Positions 18,814-29,000 of a stretch of DNA of 64,000 nt are shown one piece after another. This DNA comes from Clostridia bacterium (GTDB taxonomy: Bacteria > Bacillota > Clostridia > Christensenellales > UBA1242). A program made the position numbers and the translations under genes. The stretch is taken from contig JAVVRP010000003.1 in the NCBI GenBank assembly GCA_036654655.1, positions 30,284-94,283 on the forward strand, in the 5' to 3' direction. Each line of letters opens with the position of its first letter. Positions within the stretch are counted from its first letter, which is position 1. The notes beneath the pieces were generated by a model, which was given only the letters and a program-made list of their open reading frames with translations, did not search any database and had not been told where the DNA came from.

Positions 18814-20676
18814 ATGTCAGAAAATTTAATTAACGAAAATCTTGTAAAAAACAACAAAGAAGAATTAACAAAGGAGGTTCAAAAAAACGTACTGTCAAAA
18901 AGTGATGTTTTTGCAACTTTAAGAAAACCCACAGAACGTAAAATTCAAATGAATGTGGAGCAAAACAAAACAGCGGTTGCAAACGCCGATGTTTTTGGAA
19001 ATTTGACTAAAAGTGCTTTAACAAAAAGTTTGAAAATAACTTTTTTGGGTGGAGTGGGAGAAATTGGCAAAAATATGACAGCACTGGAATACAATAACGA
19101 AATAATTATTGTGGATGCAGGGCTTTCTTTTCCAGGTGATGATTTGCCAGGGGTGGATATTGTTGTGCCCGACATATCCTATTTAATAGCAAACAAAGCC
19201 AAAGTTAAGGCTGTGATTTTAACTCACGGGCATGAAGACCATATTGGGGGTATTCCATTTTTGCTTGGCGATATTAATGTGCCAATTTATGGGAGCAGGC
19301 TAACACTTGCACTTGTGGAAAACAAACTTAAAGAATATCCAAAATTAAAATACAAATGTATTTCTGTTCAGCCAAAAAATTTGTTAAAACTTGGCAGTTT
19401 TCAAATTGAATTCATAAAAGTAAATCACAGTATTGCAGGTTCGCTTGCATTGTATATTCAAACCCCAGTTGCCAATTTAATACATACAGGTGACTTTAAA
19501 ATAGACTTTGAACCAATTGATGGAAGCACAACTGATCTTGCAAGATTTGGCGAACTTGGCAAAAAGGGCATGGTTGATTTGCTTCTTTGCGAAAGCACCA
19601 ACGTTTGCAGAAAAGGTTATTCCATGAGTGAAAGCAAAGTTGGCAAAACTTTGGAAGAACTTTTTGGAAAACTAAAAAACAAACGTTTAATTGTTGCAAC
19701 TTTTGCATCAAATATTCATCGTGTTCAACAATTAATGGACCTTGCAGAAAAATTTGGAAGGAAAATTGCTTTTGCAGGCAGAAGCATGATTAATGTTTCG
19801 GAGGCTGCTGAAAAAGTTGGAGAACTTAGATATAACAAAAATAACGTTGTTGATATTGATAAAATTGATAAATATGCAGATGGTGAAATTCTTATTCTTT
19901 GCACCGGAAGTCAGGGCGAGCCAATGAGCGCACTTACAAGAATGAGTGCGGGAGAATTTAAAAAGGTTACAATAGGAAATAACGATACAATTATTTTAAG
20001 CGCTTCACCAATTCCAGGGAATGAAAAAAATGTGTATAACGTTATAAACATGCTGTACAAAAAAGATGCCGATGTAATTTATGATGAACTCGCCGATGTG
20101 CATGTTTCTGGACATGCTTGTCAGGAAGAAATAAAAACCATGCACGCACTTACCAATCCCAAATTTTTTATTCCTATTCATGGCGAATATAGGCATTTAA
20201 AGCACCACAAGCAACTTGCAATGGAAATGGGGATGGCAGAACGCAATATTTTGCTTCCAGATCTTGGAATGCAAATTGAAGTAAACAAAACATCAATGAA
20301 AAAAAGCGGAGTTGTTACTGCTGGGCAAAGATTAATTGACGGGTTGGGAATTGGAGATATGGACAGTTCTGTTCTTAGGGAGCGTAAGCAACTTGCAGAA
20401 GATGGTTTTTGTGTTGCAGTTGTTGGGCTTAACGCACAAGACTCAACTCTTTCTGTGGATCCTTTTATAATTACAAGAGGTGTTGTTTACAATGACGAAC
20501 AAGAGTCTTTTACAAACGATGCAAAACAATATTTAATGCAAGTTTTAAAGGAATCTGATCTTAGAGGAATGGACTCGGCAGGGATTCGCGCAACAATGAA
20601 AAGAGCACTTCAAGGATTTATTTTTAAACGTTCTAAACGCAGACCAATAATTTTGTCCATTGTTTTAACAAATTAA
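18814..20676 (+). CDS. rnj: Ribonuclease J
   Basis: Metallo-beta-lactamase/beta-CASP motifs are present: FLGGVGEIGKNMTALEY, IIVDAGLSFP, THGHEDHIGG, HVSGHA. There is an N-terminal extension of about 75 aa. Confidence 0.92.
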   Translation: MSENLINENLVKNNKEELTKEVQKNVLSKSDVFATLRKPTERKIQMNVEQNKTAVANADVFGNLTKSALTKSLKITFLGGVGEIGKNMTALEYNNEIIIVDAGLSFPGDDLPGVDIVVPDISYLIANKAKVKAVILTHGHEDHIGGIPFLLGDINVPIYGSRLTLALVENKLKEYPKLKYKCISVQPKNLLKLGSFQIEFIKVNHSIAGSLALYIQTPVANLIHTGDFKIDFEPIDGSTTDLARFGELGKKGMVDLLLCESTNVCRKGYSMSESKVGKTLEELFGKLKNKRLIVATFASNIHRVQQLMDLAEKFGRKIAFAGRSMINVSEAAEKVGELRYNKNNVVDIDKIDKYADGEILILCTGSQGEPMSALTRMSAGEFKKVTIGNNDTIILSASPIPGNEKNVYNVINMLYKKDADVIYDELADVHVSGHACQEEIKTMHALTNPKFFIPIHGEYRHLKHHKQLAMEMGMAERNILLPDLGMQIEVNKTSMKKSGVVTAGQRLIDGLGIGDMDSSVLRERKQLAEDGFCVAVVGLNAQDSTLSVDPFIITRGVVYNDEQESFTNDAKQYLMQVLKESDLRGMDSAGIRATMKRALQGFIFKRSKRRPIILSIVLTN

Positions 20677-20689
20677 AAAGATAATAGAA

Positions 20690-21328
20690 ATGAATGAATA
20701 TTTAAAAAAACTTAAAAATGAATCACAAGTTGCAAACATCCCAATTTTATTGGATGAAACAAAAGATTTTTTATGCAAGATTTTAAAGGAAACAAAACCA
20801 CATATTGTGCTTGAAATAGGCACTGCTGTGGGCTTTTCTGGCTCTATAATATTAAAAACATGTCCAACGGCAAAACTTGTAACAATTGAAAAAGATGAGC
20901 AAAGTTTTAACAAGGCAAAGCAGACTTTTAAAAGCGTTGAAGTAAGCGATAGAGTTACTCAATATTTAGGCGATGCAAAAATAATTTTAGATAAACTATG
21001 TAAAAATAACCAAAAATTTGACTTTGTTTTTTTGGACGGCCCCAAAGGGCAATATCTTTTTTATCTTCCCAAAATTTTGCAACTTTTAACAAAAGATGGT
21101 GTGTTATTTGCTGATAATATTGCCTATCACAACAAAACTTTTGCAGAAGGGTTTGTTCCACATAAACACAGAACAATTGTTATAAGGTTGCGAAAATTTA
21201 TTGAAGAGTTAAAAAATAATTCAAAACTATCAACGCAATATTACAATGTTGGAGATGGTGTTATTGTGAGTAAAGTAAATAAAATAATCAAAGTTTCTGT
21301 AAAAAAATGTAATATTGACAATTTTTAG
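20690..21328 (+). CDS. Class I SAM-dependent O-methyltransferase (family 3, YrrM/TrmR-like)
   Basis: A SAM-binding motif VLEIGTAVGFSG is present, followed by FDFVFLDGPK and LTKDGVLFADN. Confidence 0.8.
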   Translation: MNEYLKKLKNESQVANIPILLDETKDFLCKILKETKPHIVLEIGTAVGFSGSIILKTCPTAKLVTIEKDEQSFNKAKQTFKSVEVSDRVTQYLGDAKIILDKLCKNNQKFDFVFLDGPKGQYLFYLPKILQLLTKDGVLFADNIAYHNKTFAEGFVPHKHRTIVIRLRKFIEELKNNSKLSTQYYNVGDGVIVSKVNKIIKVSVKKCNIDNF

Positions 21329-21386
21329 CGTTATGATATAATATACGCTATAAAATATATTATTTTTTTTAATTTAAAGGAGATTT

Positions 21387-22259
21387 ATGAGAAGAAAAAG
21401 ATATTTTGTTTTGTTCTTCTTTGCACTTGCATTGGTGGTGTTTTCTGCCGCCTCGCCAATTTTTATGCCCCAAAAAGGCGTTATAAGCACCCCATCAGAT
21501 GATCCTGTGGTGCCAGAAAACGAAGTTCCAGATGAAGACATGCCAATTTTTAAAAACGCTATTGATGCGTGGGAATATGGCATTAATTATATGAACAATT
21601 GTAAGGGTTATCAATACACTTCTGTAACGGCAGCAAAGGCACAAATAACCATTGGTATAACAGTTGAGCAAACCCAAAATATTTTTGCTGTGAAACAATT
21701 TTGTGATGGAAAAAGTTTGGAAACAACATTTTCTCAATGCGATTTGTCAGTTGGCGAAAATAGTTACATGTATGTTTTTGTTGAAGATGGCATGGTTGAC
21801 TATAAATATGCACCAAGTAAATATTACAACAAAGAAAAAGACTATTGTGATTTTAGCAAGGGTTGGTCCGAAAAAAAATCTTATGAAGATTATCTTAAAG
21901 TTTGCCAATTTGGGAATGAAGATTTTGTTTATGGAATAAACAAAAAAACTGCAAAACAAGTTTCTTTTAGAGTATCAAAAAACAAGACATATGAATATGT
22001 TATTTCACTAGATGGTGACAAACTAGACCCAAGATACAAACAATTTATGGCAGTGGCATCCGGCGCAACAAGAATAGATTATGACCGCATGATTGTTTCG
22101 GTTGTTATGAGCAGTTTAACAGGAAGATTTTTAACAATAAATAAGCAAGAAACATATAGTATGGATGCACGTGGTTTTACTTTGGATGTGCTTCAAACCA
22201 CAGAGAGCACATTTAACAAATTTGATGAAAAGTTTGAAATTGTTAATAGATATAAATAA
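21387..22259 (+). CDS. Secreted protein of unknown function, tandem paralog A
   Basis: It has a signal peptide (YFVLFFFALALVVFSAASP) and an SD AAAGGAGA. It is collinear with the next gene over its whole length. Confidence 0.7.
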   Translation: MRRKRYFVLFFFALALVVFSAASPIFMPQKGVISTPSDDPVVPENEVPDEDMPIFKNAIDAWEYGINYMNNCKGYQYTSVTAAKAQITIGITVEQTQNIFAVKQFCDGKSLETTFSQCDLSVGENSYMYVFVEDGMVDYKYAPSKYYNKEKDYCDFSKGWSEKKSYEDYLKVCQFGNEDFVYGINKKTAKQVSFRVSKNKTYEYVISLDGDKLDPRYKQFMAVASGATRIDYDRMIVSVVMSSLTGRFLTINKQETYSMDARGFTLDVLQTTESTFNKFDEKFEIVNRYK

Positions 22260-22293
22260 AAAGTCTTAAAATAAAGGAGGGAATGGTGTTAAA

Positions 22294-23160
22294 ATGAAAA
22301 AATATTTTGGAATATTTTTCTTTACACTTGTTATGGTTGTTGTTTCCGTTGTTCAACCAGCATTTGCCTCTCCAAAAATAGATGTTAATCCCTTGCCGGA
22401 CCCCCCTGTTTTTGACCCTGATACAGAAAAGCCAAAACAAGATATGCCAGTTTTTAAAAATGCAATTGACGCATGGGAATATGCCTATAATTACATGAAT
22501 AAATGCAAAGGTTATGAGTTTACTGCTGTTACTGCCGCAAAAGCAAAAGTGACAGTAGGAATTACAGTTGTGCAAACTCAAAATATTGTCATGGTAAAAA
22601 AGGTTAGCGGTGGAAAATCTTTTCAAACAACTTACACTCAATGCGATTTGCCTGTTGGGAATAATGACTATTCAATGATTTTTGTGGAAAATGGACTTGT
22701 TACTTATAGGATAACGTCAAATAAAAATTACAACAAAGAAACAAATTTATGTAAATTTGACAACAACAAAAGTGTGTCAAAATATGAAGATCATCTTTTA
22801 TACTGCCCAATTGGTGATAAAGATTTTACATTTGGAATAAACAAAAAAACCGCAAAACAAGTTTCTTTTAGAGCATCAAAAAACAAAACGTATGAATTTA
22901 CAATTTCAATTGATGGCGATAAATTGGAACCAACATATTTAAATTACGTAAAATTAATGGCTGGGGCAACAGAATTTAATTATGACCGAATGATTTTAAC
23001 GGTTGTTATGAGCAGTACAACAGGACGCTTTATATCAATTAATAGGCAAGAATTTTATACAATGGTTGCACGTGGCTTTACGCTAGAATTAGATCAAACT
23101 GTTAATTCAACTTTTACAAAATTTGACGAAGCGTTTGAAGTTGTAAATTTATATCCATAA
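22294..23160 (+). CDS. Secreted protein of unknown function, tandem paralog B
   Basis: It has a signal peptide (FGIFFFTLVMVVVSVVQPAFA). It shares blocks with paralog A, including FKNAIDAWEY, VTAAKA, GINKKTAKQVSFR.SKNKTYE and DYDRMI..VVMSS.TGRF. Confidence 0.7.
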   Translation: MKKYFGIFFFTLVMVVVSVVQPAFASPKIDVNPLPDPPVFDPDTEKPKQDMPVFKNAIDAWEYAYNYMNKCKGYEFTAVTAAKAKVTVGITVVQTQNIVMVKKVSGGKSFQTTYTQCDLPVGNNDYSMIFVENGLVTYRITSNKNYNKETNLCKFDNNKSVSKYEDHLLYCPIGDKDFTFGINKKTAKQVSFRASKNKTYEFTISIDGDKLEPTYLNYVKLMAGATEFNYDRMILTVVMSSTTGRFISINRQEFYTMVARGFTLELDQTVNSTFTKFDEAFEVVNLYP

Positions 23161-23203
23161 TTGAATAATTGACTTTTTGTGTAAATTAATATATTATTAA
23201 AAT

Positions 23204-23884
23204 GTGAAAACAAAATTTTTTGCACTTGTTTGCATATTGTGCAGTTTTTTTATGTTTGATGGAGAGGTTTTTGCAAGTTCTTTGCCTAACAGAATTTCTG
23301 TTGTTCAAAATTATGCAAAAGTGTATGAAAGTTGTGATGGCACAAGCAAGGTTGTTGGCAGATTGGAGTTTTCACAAGAAGCAAATGTGCTTGGCAGTGG
23401 AAAGTGGAATAACTTTGTTCTTTTAAAAATTCAAAAAAATAATTTAAAAGGTTGGATTTTTGAAGCATGTGCAATTGATGTTCAGGATGATATTTCACCA
23501 TCGCCAATTTTAGATACAAACGGGGAGGTTAAAACTGCAACATATCAGTACATAAAACAGGGGCAGGAATTTGTGAAAACTTTTAATGCTGTTGAAGTTG
23601 GTTGCAAAGTAAAAGTTATTAACGGGTGGGAAAGCGAAGGCGATTATAAATGTGTACAAATGGAGTTTGAAGGTAAAATTATAACTTGTTATTTACAAAA
23701 ATCAACAATAAAAATTTATGGATTTACATCAAACTTTAAACTTGCTTTTTCATTAATTATTGCGCTGGTCGGAATTATCACTTTGTTATTTGGAGTTTCA
23801 AGTGTAAAAAAACTTAAAGCAAAAAGGTTAAAAAAACAGCAAAAAAAACAAGAAAAAATTGTAATTTTAAATAAAAAAAATTAA
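23204..23884 (+). CDS. Tail-anchored protein with SH3b-like domains
   Basis: It has a signal peptide and an SH3b-like segment (AKVYESCDGTSKVVGRLEFSQEANVLG...GWIF). The C-terminus is a TM followed by a long K/Q-rich tail. The apparent start codon is GTG. Confidence 0.5.
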   Translation: MKTKFFALVCILCSFFMFDGEVFASSLPNRISVVQNYAKVYESCDGTSKVVGRLEFSQEANVLGSGKWNNFVLLKIQKNNLKGWIFEACAIDVQDDISPSPILDTNGEVKTATYQYIKQGQEFVKTFNAVEVGCKVKVINGWESEGDYKCVQMEFEGKIITCYLQKSTIKIYGFTSNFKLAFSLIIALVGIITLLFGVSSVKKLKAKRLKKQQKKQEKIVILNKKN

Positions 23885-23897
23885 AGGGAAGTTTGAT

Positions 23898-24993
23898 ATG
23901 CTAATTGATAACGTAAAAATTCATTTTAATGAACTTAAAAAAGACTATAACTTTATTTTGGAGTGTCTTTGACCCAAAAAAACTAAAATTGGAAGAAGAA
24001 GAACTTTTAAGCAAACAAGCCGAAGAAGGCTTTTTTGCCGATGTGCAACTTTCAAAAGTTGTTGGACAAAAGTTAAGAGTTGTTACAGATAAACTTGCAA
24101 AATTAAAAAAACTTGGAAATGAAATTAACGACTTAGAGGCCTTGATTGAACTTACAGAAGAGAGCAATGACGGCTCACTAGATGCAGAACTTCAAAACAC
24201 ATTACAGCATGTTGAAAAAAAAGTTGAAGAAACAAGGCTGGAAACTCTTTTAAGAGGAAAGTACTCTTTTAATAATGCAATTTTAACACTGCATTCAGGG
24301 GCTGGCGGAACAGAATCACAGGACTGGACAAGTATGCTTTACAGAATGTATTGTATGTATGCTGAAAATAATGATTTTACTGTTAAAGTTTTGGATATTT
24401 TGGAAGGCGAAGAAGCAGGCTTAAAATCAATAACGTTTATGCTAATTGGAGATAATGCTTACGGTTATCTTAAATGTGAAAAAGGTGTGCATAGGCTTGT
24501 AAGAATTTCTCCATTTGATGCAAGTGCAAGGCGCCATACAAGTTTTGCAAGTTTGGAAGTTGTTCCAGAAATTTTGGATACAGCCGAAATAGAAATCCGC
24601 CCAGAAGATTTAAAAGTGGACACATATCGTAGTTCGGGGGCTGGTGGTCAGCACGTAAATAAAACAGAAAGCGCCATAAGATTAACGCATATTCCAACAG
24701 GAATTGTTGTTTCATGTCAAACAGAACGTTCTCAAATTCAAAACAGAGAAACAGCAATGGGCATGCTTGCAAGCAAACTTGCAGAACTTAAAGAAGAGCA
24801 AGAAATGAAAGAACTTTCTTCGTTAAGAGGCGAAATTAAAAAAATAGAATGGGGAAGCCAAATTCGTTCATATGTTTTTCATCCATACACATTGGTTAAA
24901 GACCATAGAACAAATTTTGAAAACACAGACATAGAATCTGTTATGAACGGAGATATTCAGCCGTTTATAAACGAATTTTTGAAAAAACAATAA
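23898..24993 (+). CDS. prfB: Peptide chain release factor 2, expressed through programmed +1 frameshift
   Basis: The frame-0 ATG at 23898 opens 24 codons ending CTT (23967-69) before in-frame TGA 23970-72. The +1 frame resumes at GAC 23971, which is the frame of the track ORF 23929..24993. RF2 motifs RISPFD (SPF) and SGAGGQHVNKT (GGQ) are present. Confidence 0.95.
23960..23973 (+). promoter_or_regulatory. RF2 autoregulatory +1 frameshift site
   Basis: The sequence is GGAG-TGT-CTT-TGA-C. An internal SD-like GGAG sits 3 nt upstream of the slippery CTT followed by TGA C, which is the canonical prfB recoding signal. Confidence 0.9.
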
Positions 24994-25012
24994 TAAGATA
25001 AATGGTGAAAAA

Positions 25013-26059
25013 GTGAAAACATTTGAAGAACTTGGTAAACAAAAAAAGGTAAAGATTTTAGCGATAGAATCTTCATGCGATGAAACAAGTGTTGCTATTG
25101 TAGAAAATGGGACAAAAATTTTGGGGCATATAATTGCCAGCCAAATTGACATTCACAAACGTTTTGGCGGAGTTGTGCCCGAAGTTGCTTCAAGAAATCA
25201 CATTAATGCAATTTATTCGGTTGCACAGCAATGTTTAAAAGAATCAAAGTTGCGTTTAAATCAAATTGATGCGGTTGCAGTTACTTATGGTGCAGGATTA
25301 ATTGGATGCTTGCTTGTTGGAACAAGTTTTGCCAAAGGTTTGGCACTCAGTTTAAATGTTCCGCTTTTAGGTGTAAGCCACATAAAAGGCCATATTTCTG
25401 CAAATTTTATTTCAAATCCAAGCCTAAAACCGCCTTTTGTTTGTTTACTTGTAAGTGGTGGGCACACTGCTGTTGTTGAAGTTAACGATAAATATAAAAA
25501 CAAATTAATTAGTACAACAGTAGATGATGCTTGCGGGGAAGCATTTGACAAAATTGCAAGAGTTTTAGGGCTGGAATATCCGGGTGGGCCAAAACTAGAA
25601 CGCCTTGCACAAGGAGGAAATCCCTGTATAGAATTTGTTAAAAAAAATGCATTTGCAAGTGGCAAGAATTTAAGTTTTAGCGGTTTAAAAACTGCTGTAA
25701 TAAATTATATTCACACTGCAATTCAGCGCAAAGAAAAAATAAATAATGCAGATATTGCTGCAAGTTTTGAAAAAGCAGTGGTTGTTCCACTTGCTAGCAA
25801 GGCCTTGGAACAATGTAAAATTTCTGGGCTAAAACAACTTGTTGTTGCTGGTGGAGTTGGTGCGAACAAACATTTGCAAAACACATTAAAAGAAATGTGT
25901 GAAAAGCACAACATACAATTGTTTTTACCAGACATCAAATTATGCACGGATAATGCAGCAATGATTGCTTCGTCTGCATATTTTGAAATGAAGCAAGGAA
26001 GAGGCAAAACTAATTTAGGGCTTGTTACAACTTCTTCTGTGGAGATAGATGATGATTAA
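25013..26059 (+). CDS. tsaD: tRNA N6-adenosine threonylcarbamoyltransferase
   Basis: Motifs ILAIESSCDETSVAIV, GVSHIKGHI and VVAGGVGANKHL are present in a 348-aa product. The start codon is GTG. Confidence 0.93.
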   Translation: MKTFEELGKQKKVKILAIESSCDETSVAIVENGTKILGHIIASQIDIHKRFGGVVPEVASRNHINAIYSVAQQCLKESKLRLNQIDAVAVTYGAGLIGCLLVGTSFAKGLALSLNVPLLGVSHIKGHISANFISNPSLKPPFVCLLVSGGHTAVVEVNDKYKNKLISTTVDDACGEAFDKIARVLGLEYPGGPKLERLAQGGNPCIEFVKKNAFASGKNLSFSGLKTAVINYIHTAIQRKEKINNADIAASFEKAVVVPLASKALEQCKISGLKQLVVAGGVGANKHLQNTLKEMCEKHNIQLFLPDIKLCTDNAAMIASSAYFEMKQGRGKTNLGLVTTSSVEIDDD

Positions 26060-26089
26060 TTATTTTGATTTAAAAAAGAGGGTTGCAAT

Positions 26090-29000
26090 ATGATTGATGT
26101 TGTTGCATCGCAGTCACTTTTTTCTGCATCAAAAAAAGCAATTCAAAAAATTAAACCATTTGTAAATGATTTAAAAACTGAAATTTGTGTTATTGTTCCA
26201 GACAGGTTTTCATTAATTTGTGAAAAAACAATTATGGATGTTTGCAATGTGTCGGCTGTTTTTAATGTAAATGTTATGGGAATAACAAGGTTGGCGGATA
26301 AAATTGTTTCGCAGTCACAACTAAATCCAATTATTGTTTCAAAACAGCAGGGGATATTACTGGTTAGAAAATCAATCTTAAATGTGTACAAAAAATTTGT
26401 ATGCTTTAAAAAAAATCTTTCACCAAGTTTTTGTGAAGAAATTTTTGCAAGCATTTCACAATTAAAAGCAAATTTAATTAGCCCAGAAACTTTAAAACAA
26501 GAAATAAAAAACGAAAAGGCTTTAAGCAAAAAACTTTTTGACCTTGCAACAATTTATCAAGAATATCAACTCCAACTTGCAGGCAGATTTGATGCATGTG
26601 AATTTTTAACACTGTCGGAAACCTTGTTAAAAAATACCCAAAATTTAAATAACACAATTTTAATTTTTTGTGGTTTTGACGCAATAACAAAACAAGTTTT
26701 TTCATTTATTTCCGCATTGGAAAAAAAAGTTAAACAAATTGTTGTTGCAATTTCAAAAGCAAAGCGTCAATCAAATCAATACATATATGAAAATTCTATT
26801 TTGGATAAAATTTTATTATTGTCAAAAAACAATAATGTGCAAGTAAATTTTGAAGACCATGATGCTGAGTTTAATGAATTTCAAAAAAATATTTTAAACT
26901 GTGCATTTTCTAACAAAAGGCAAATTTTAAAAAATTTAAAGCAACAAATATTTGTTTCAAATTGCAAAACAGCGGATGACGAAGTTTTGTGTGTTGCAAA
27001 ACAAATTAAAAAATTGTTAATGCAAAACAACAAGTTTTCAAACATATCCATTTGTTGTAATTTACAAAAATATAATTCAAAAATAGAACGAATTTTTAAG
27101 CAAGAAAACTATTCGTATTTTATTGACAATTCTCAAAATTTTGCATCTTCAAGCTTGGGACTTTTTATTAAAAAAATATTTAATTTTTTTATATTTCAAA
27201 GTAAAGAAAATTTATTTGAAATATTAAAAAGTAATTTTATTAAAATTGATAAAAATATAATATTTGATTATGAAAATTATTTATTAAAAACAAAAATAAA
27301 CTTATTTGATAATGAATTTATTAATATAAGTAATGAATTAAATATAAAAATAACCAATCTAATTAAATTTAATATTAATAATGCGCAAAATAGCAGTTTT
27401 AATTATATTAATAATTTAATTAATAGTGAATATAAAATTAATTTAGAACAAATTAAAAAAATGGAAATAATTAAACTTAATATTGTTTTAAAATATTTTG
27501 AAAATATAATATTAAAAATTAATGAAAAAAATTCAATTAACTTTTATTGTGAAATAATAAATGAATTATTTAATTTTTTTGAAATTGAAAACTTGCTCAT
27601 AAACAACGCAATTGAGTTTGAAAAAAGATTGTTATTAAAAGAACAAAAAATTACAATGCAACTTTTTTCTGTAATGCAAAATATTTTGCAATCATTTAAA
27701 ATAATTGATGAAAATATTTCGCTTTCAGAGTTTAATGAAAATTTAAAAATGCTGTTTGAAAAATTTGATATTTCAAGCGTTCCAGTTTCTTCGGACAGTA
27801 TTTTTGTGGGAGATGTTTCTGCAAGTTTTTTTGAGGAGCGTGATTTTGTTTTTGTGCTTGGCGCAAATTCAAATGAATTGCCAAATGTAATTGCGGACAC
27901 GGGCGTTATTTCAGATTTGGACCAACAAAAATCTAGCATTGTGTTAGAGCCAACAATTCAAACATTGGCAAAAAGAAATAGATTTAAACTATTTGAAGTT
28001 TTGTTAAAAGCAAAACAGGCAATTTTTATTTCTCATGCAACAGTCGGTGATGACGGCAAAAATTTGGAACTTTCAAATTTTGCAAGCGGATTGGTTGCAC
28101 AATTTTTGGATCAAAATGGGAATGAATTTCCTGTTCATGAAACAGTGTATGACACAATTTTTGGATCAGATTGCACAGCGGAAAAAAATGCCGAAAAACT
28201 TGCATATGTTGCAATGTCTAAAAACGAGGCAAAATTATTTTTACAAAAAGTAAAAAAAGAAAATGGATTAAACCATGTTCAAACAGCAATTACTGACGCA
28301 ATTAAAACTGTTGAACCCAATTTTAGGCAAGTGGAAAAGTTAGAGTTGCCGTGCAAAATTTCTGTTGACGCAAAATTATTGTTTTTTGCAAAAAATCAAA
28401 CAAAAATAAGCCAAATAGAAACATATTGCACTTGTCCATTTAAGCATTTTGTTCAGTATGGCTTAAAATTATGCGAAAGTGAAACAGTTGATATGGATTT
28501 AAAAAAACTTGGAATCTTTTTGCACGCTGTTGCAGAAAGATTTTTAAAGCAAAACAAAAATGTGGACAACTTGTCAATTAACGAAATTGAAGGTAGAGCG
28601 GTAAAAGTTTTTGAAGAAGTTTGTGGCGAATTTGAATTTTTTAAAGGAAAATGTGAAAAAAGTTTTAATCAAGCATTAAAAAATGATACAATTTCATTAT
28701 GTAAGGCAATAAGTTATCAAATTTTTAAAAGTGATTTTAAACCAGAATTTTTGGAAGTAAATTTTTTTGATAATTCACAAATAAAGCCAATTCAAATTGA
28801 CAGTTTCAGCCTTGTTGGAAAAATTGATAGAGTTGATGTTTGTGGCGATTATTTTTGTGTGATAGACTATAAATCTGGAAACGTTGCAAATAAAATAAAA
28901 TTTTCTGCAATTGCAATGGGAACCGAAATACAGTTGTATATATATCAGCGTGCTGTTGAAAAAAGTTTGCAAAAGCATCCTGCTGGTGATTTTTTGTTTC

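Noticed and set aside
21495-22641. Minus-strand ORFs 21495..21737 and 22243..22641 encode similar peptides (…FKNWHVFIW… and …FKNWHILFW…), which looks like conservation of an antisense gene.
   Set aside because: The similarity mirrors the plus-strand paralogy of the two secreted-protein genes. There are no independent start or SD signals.
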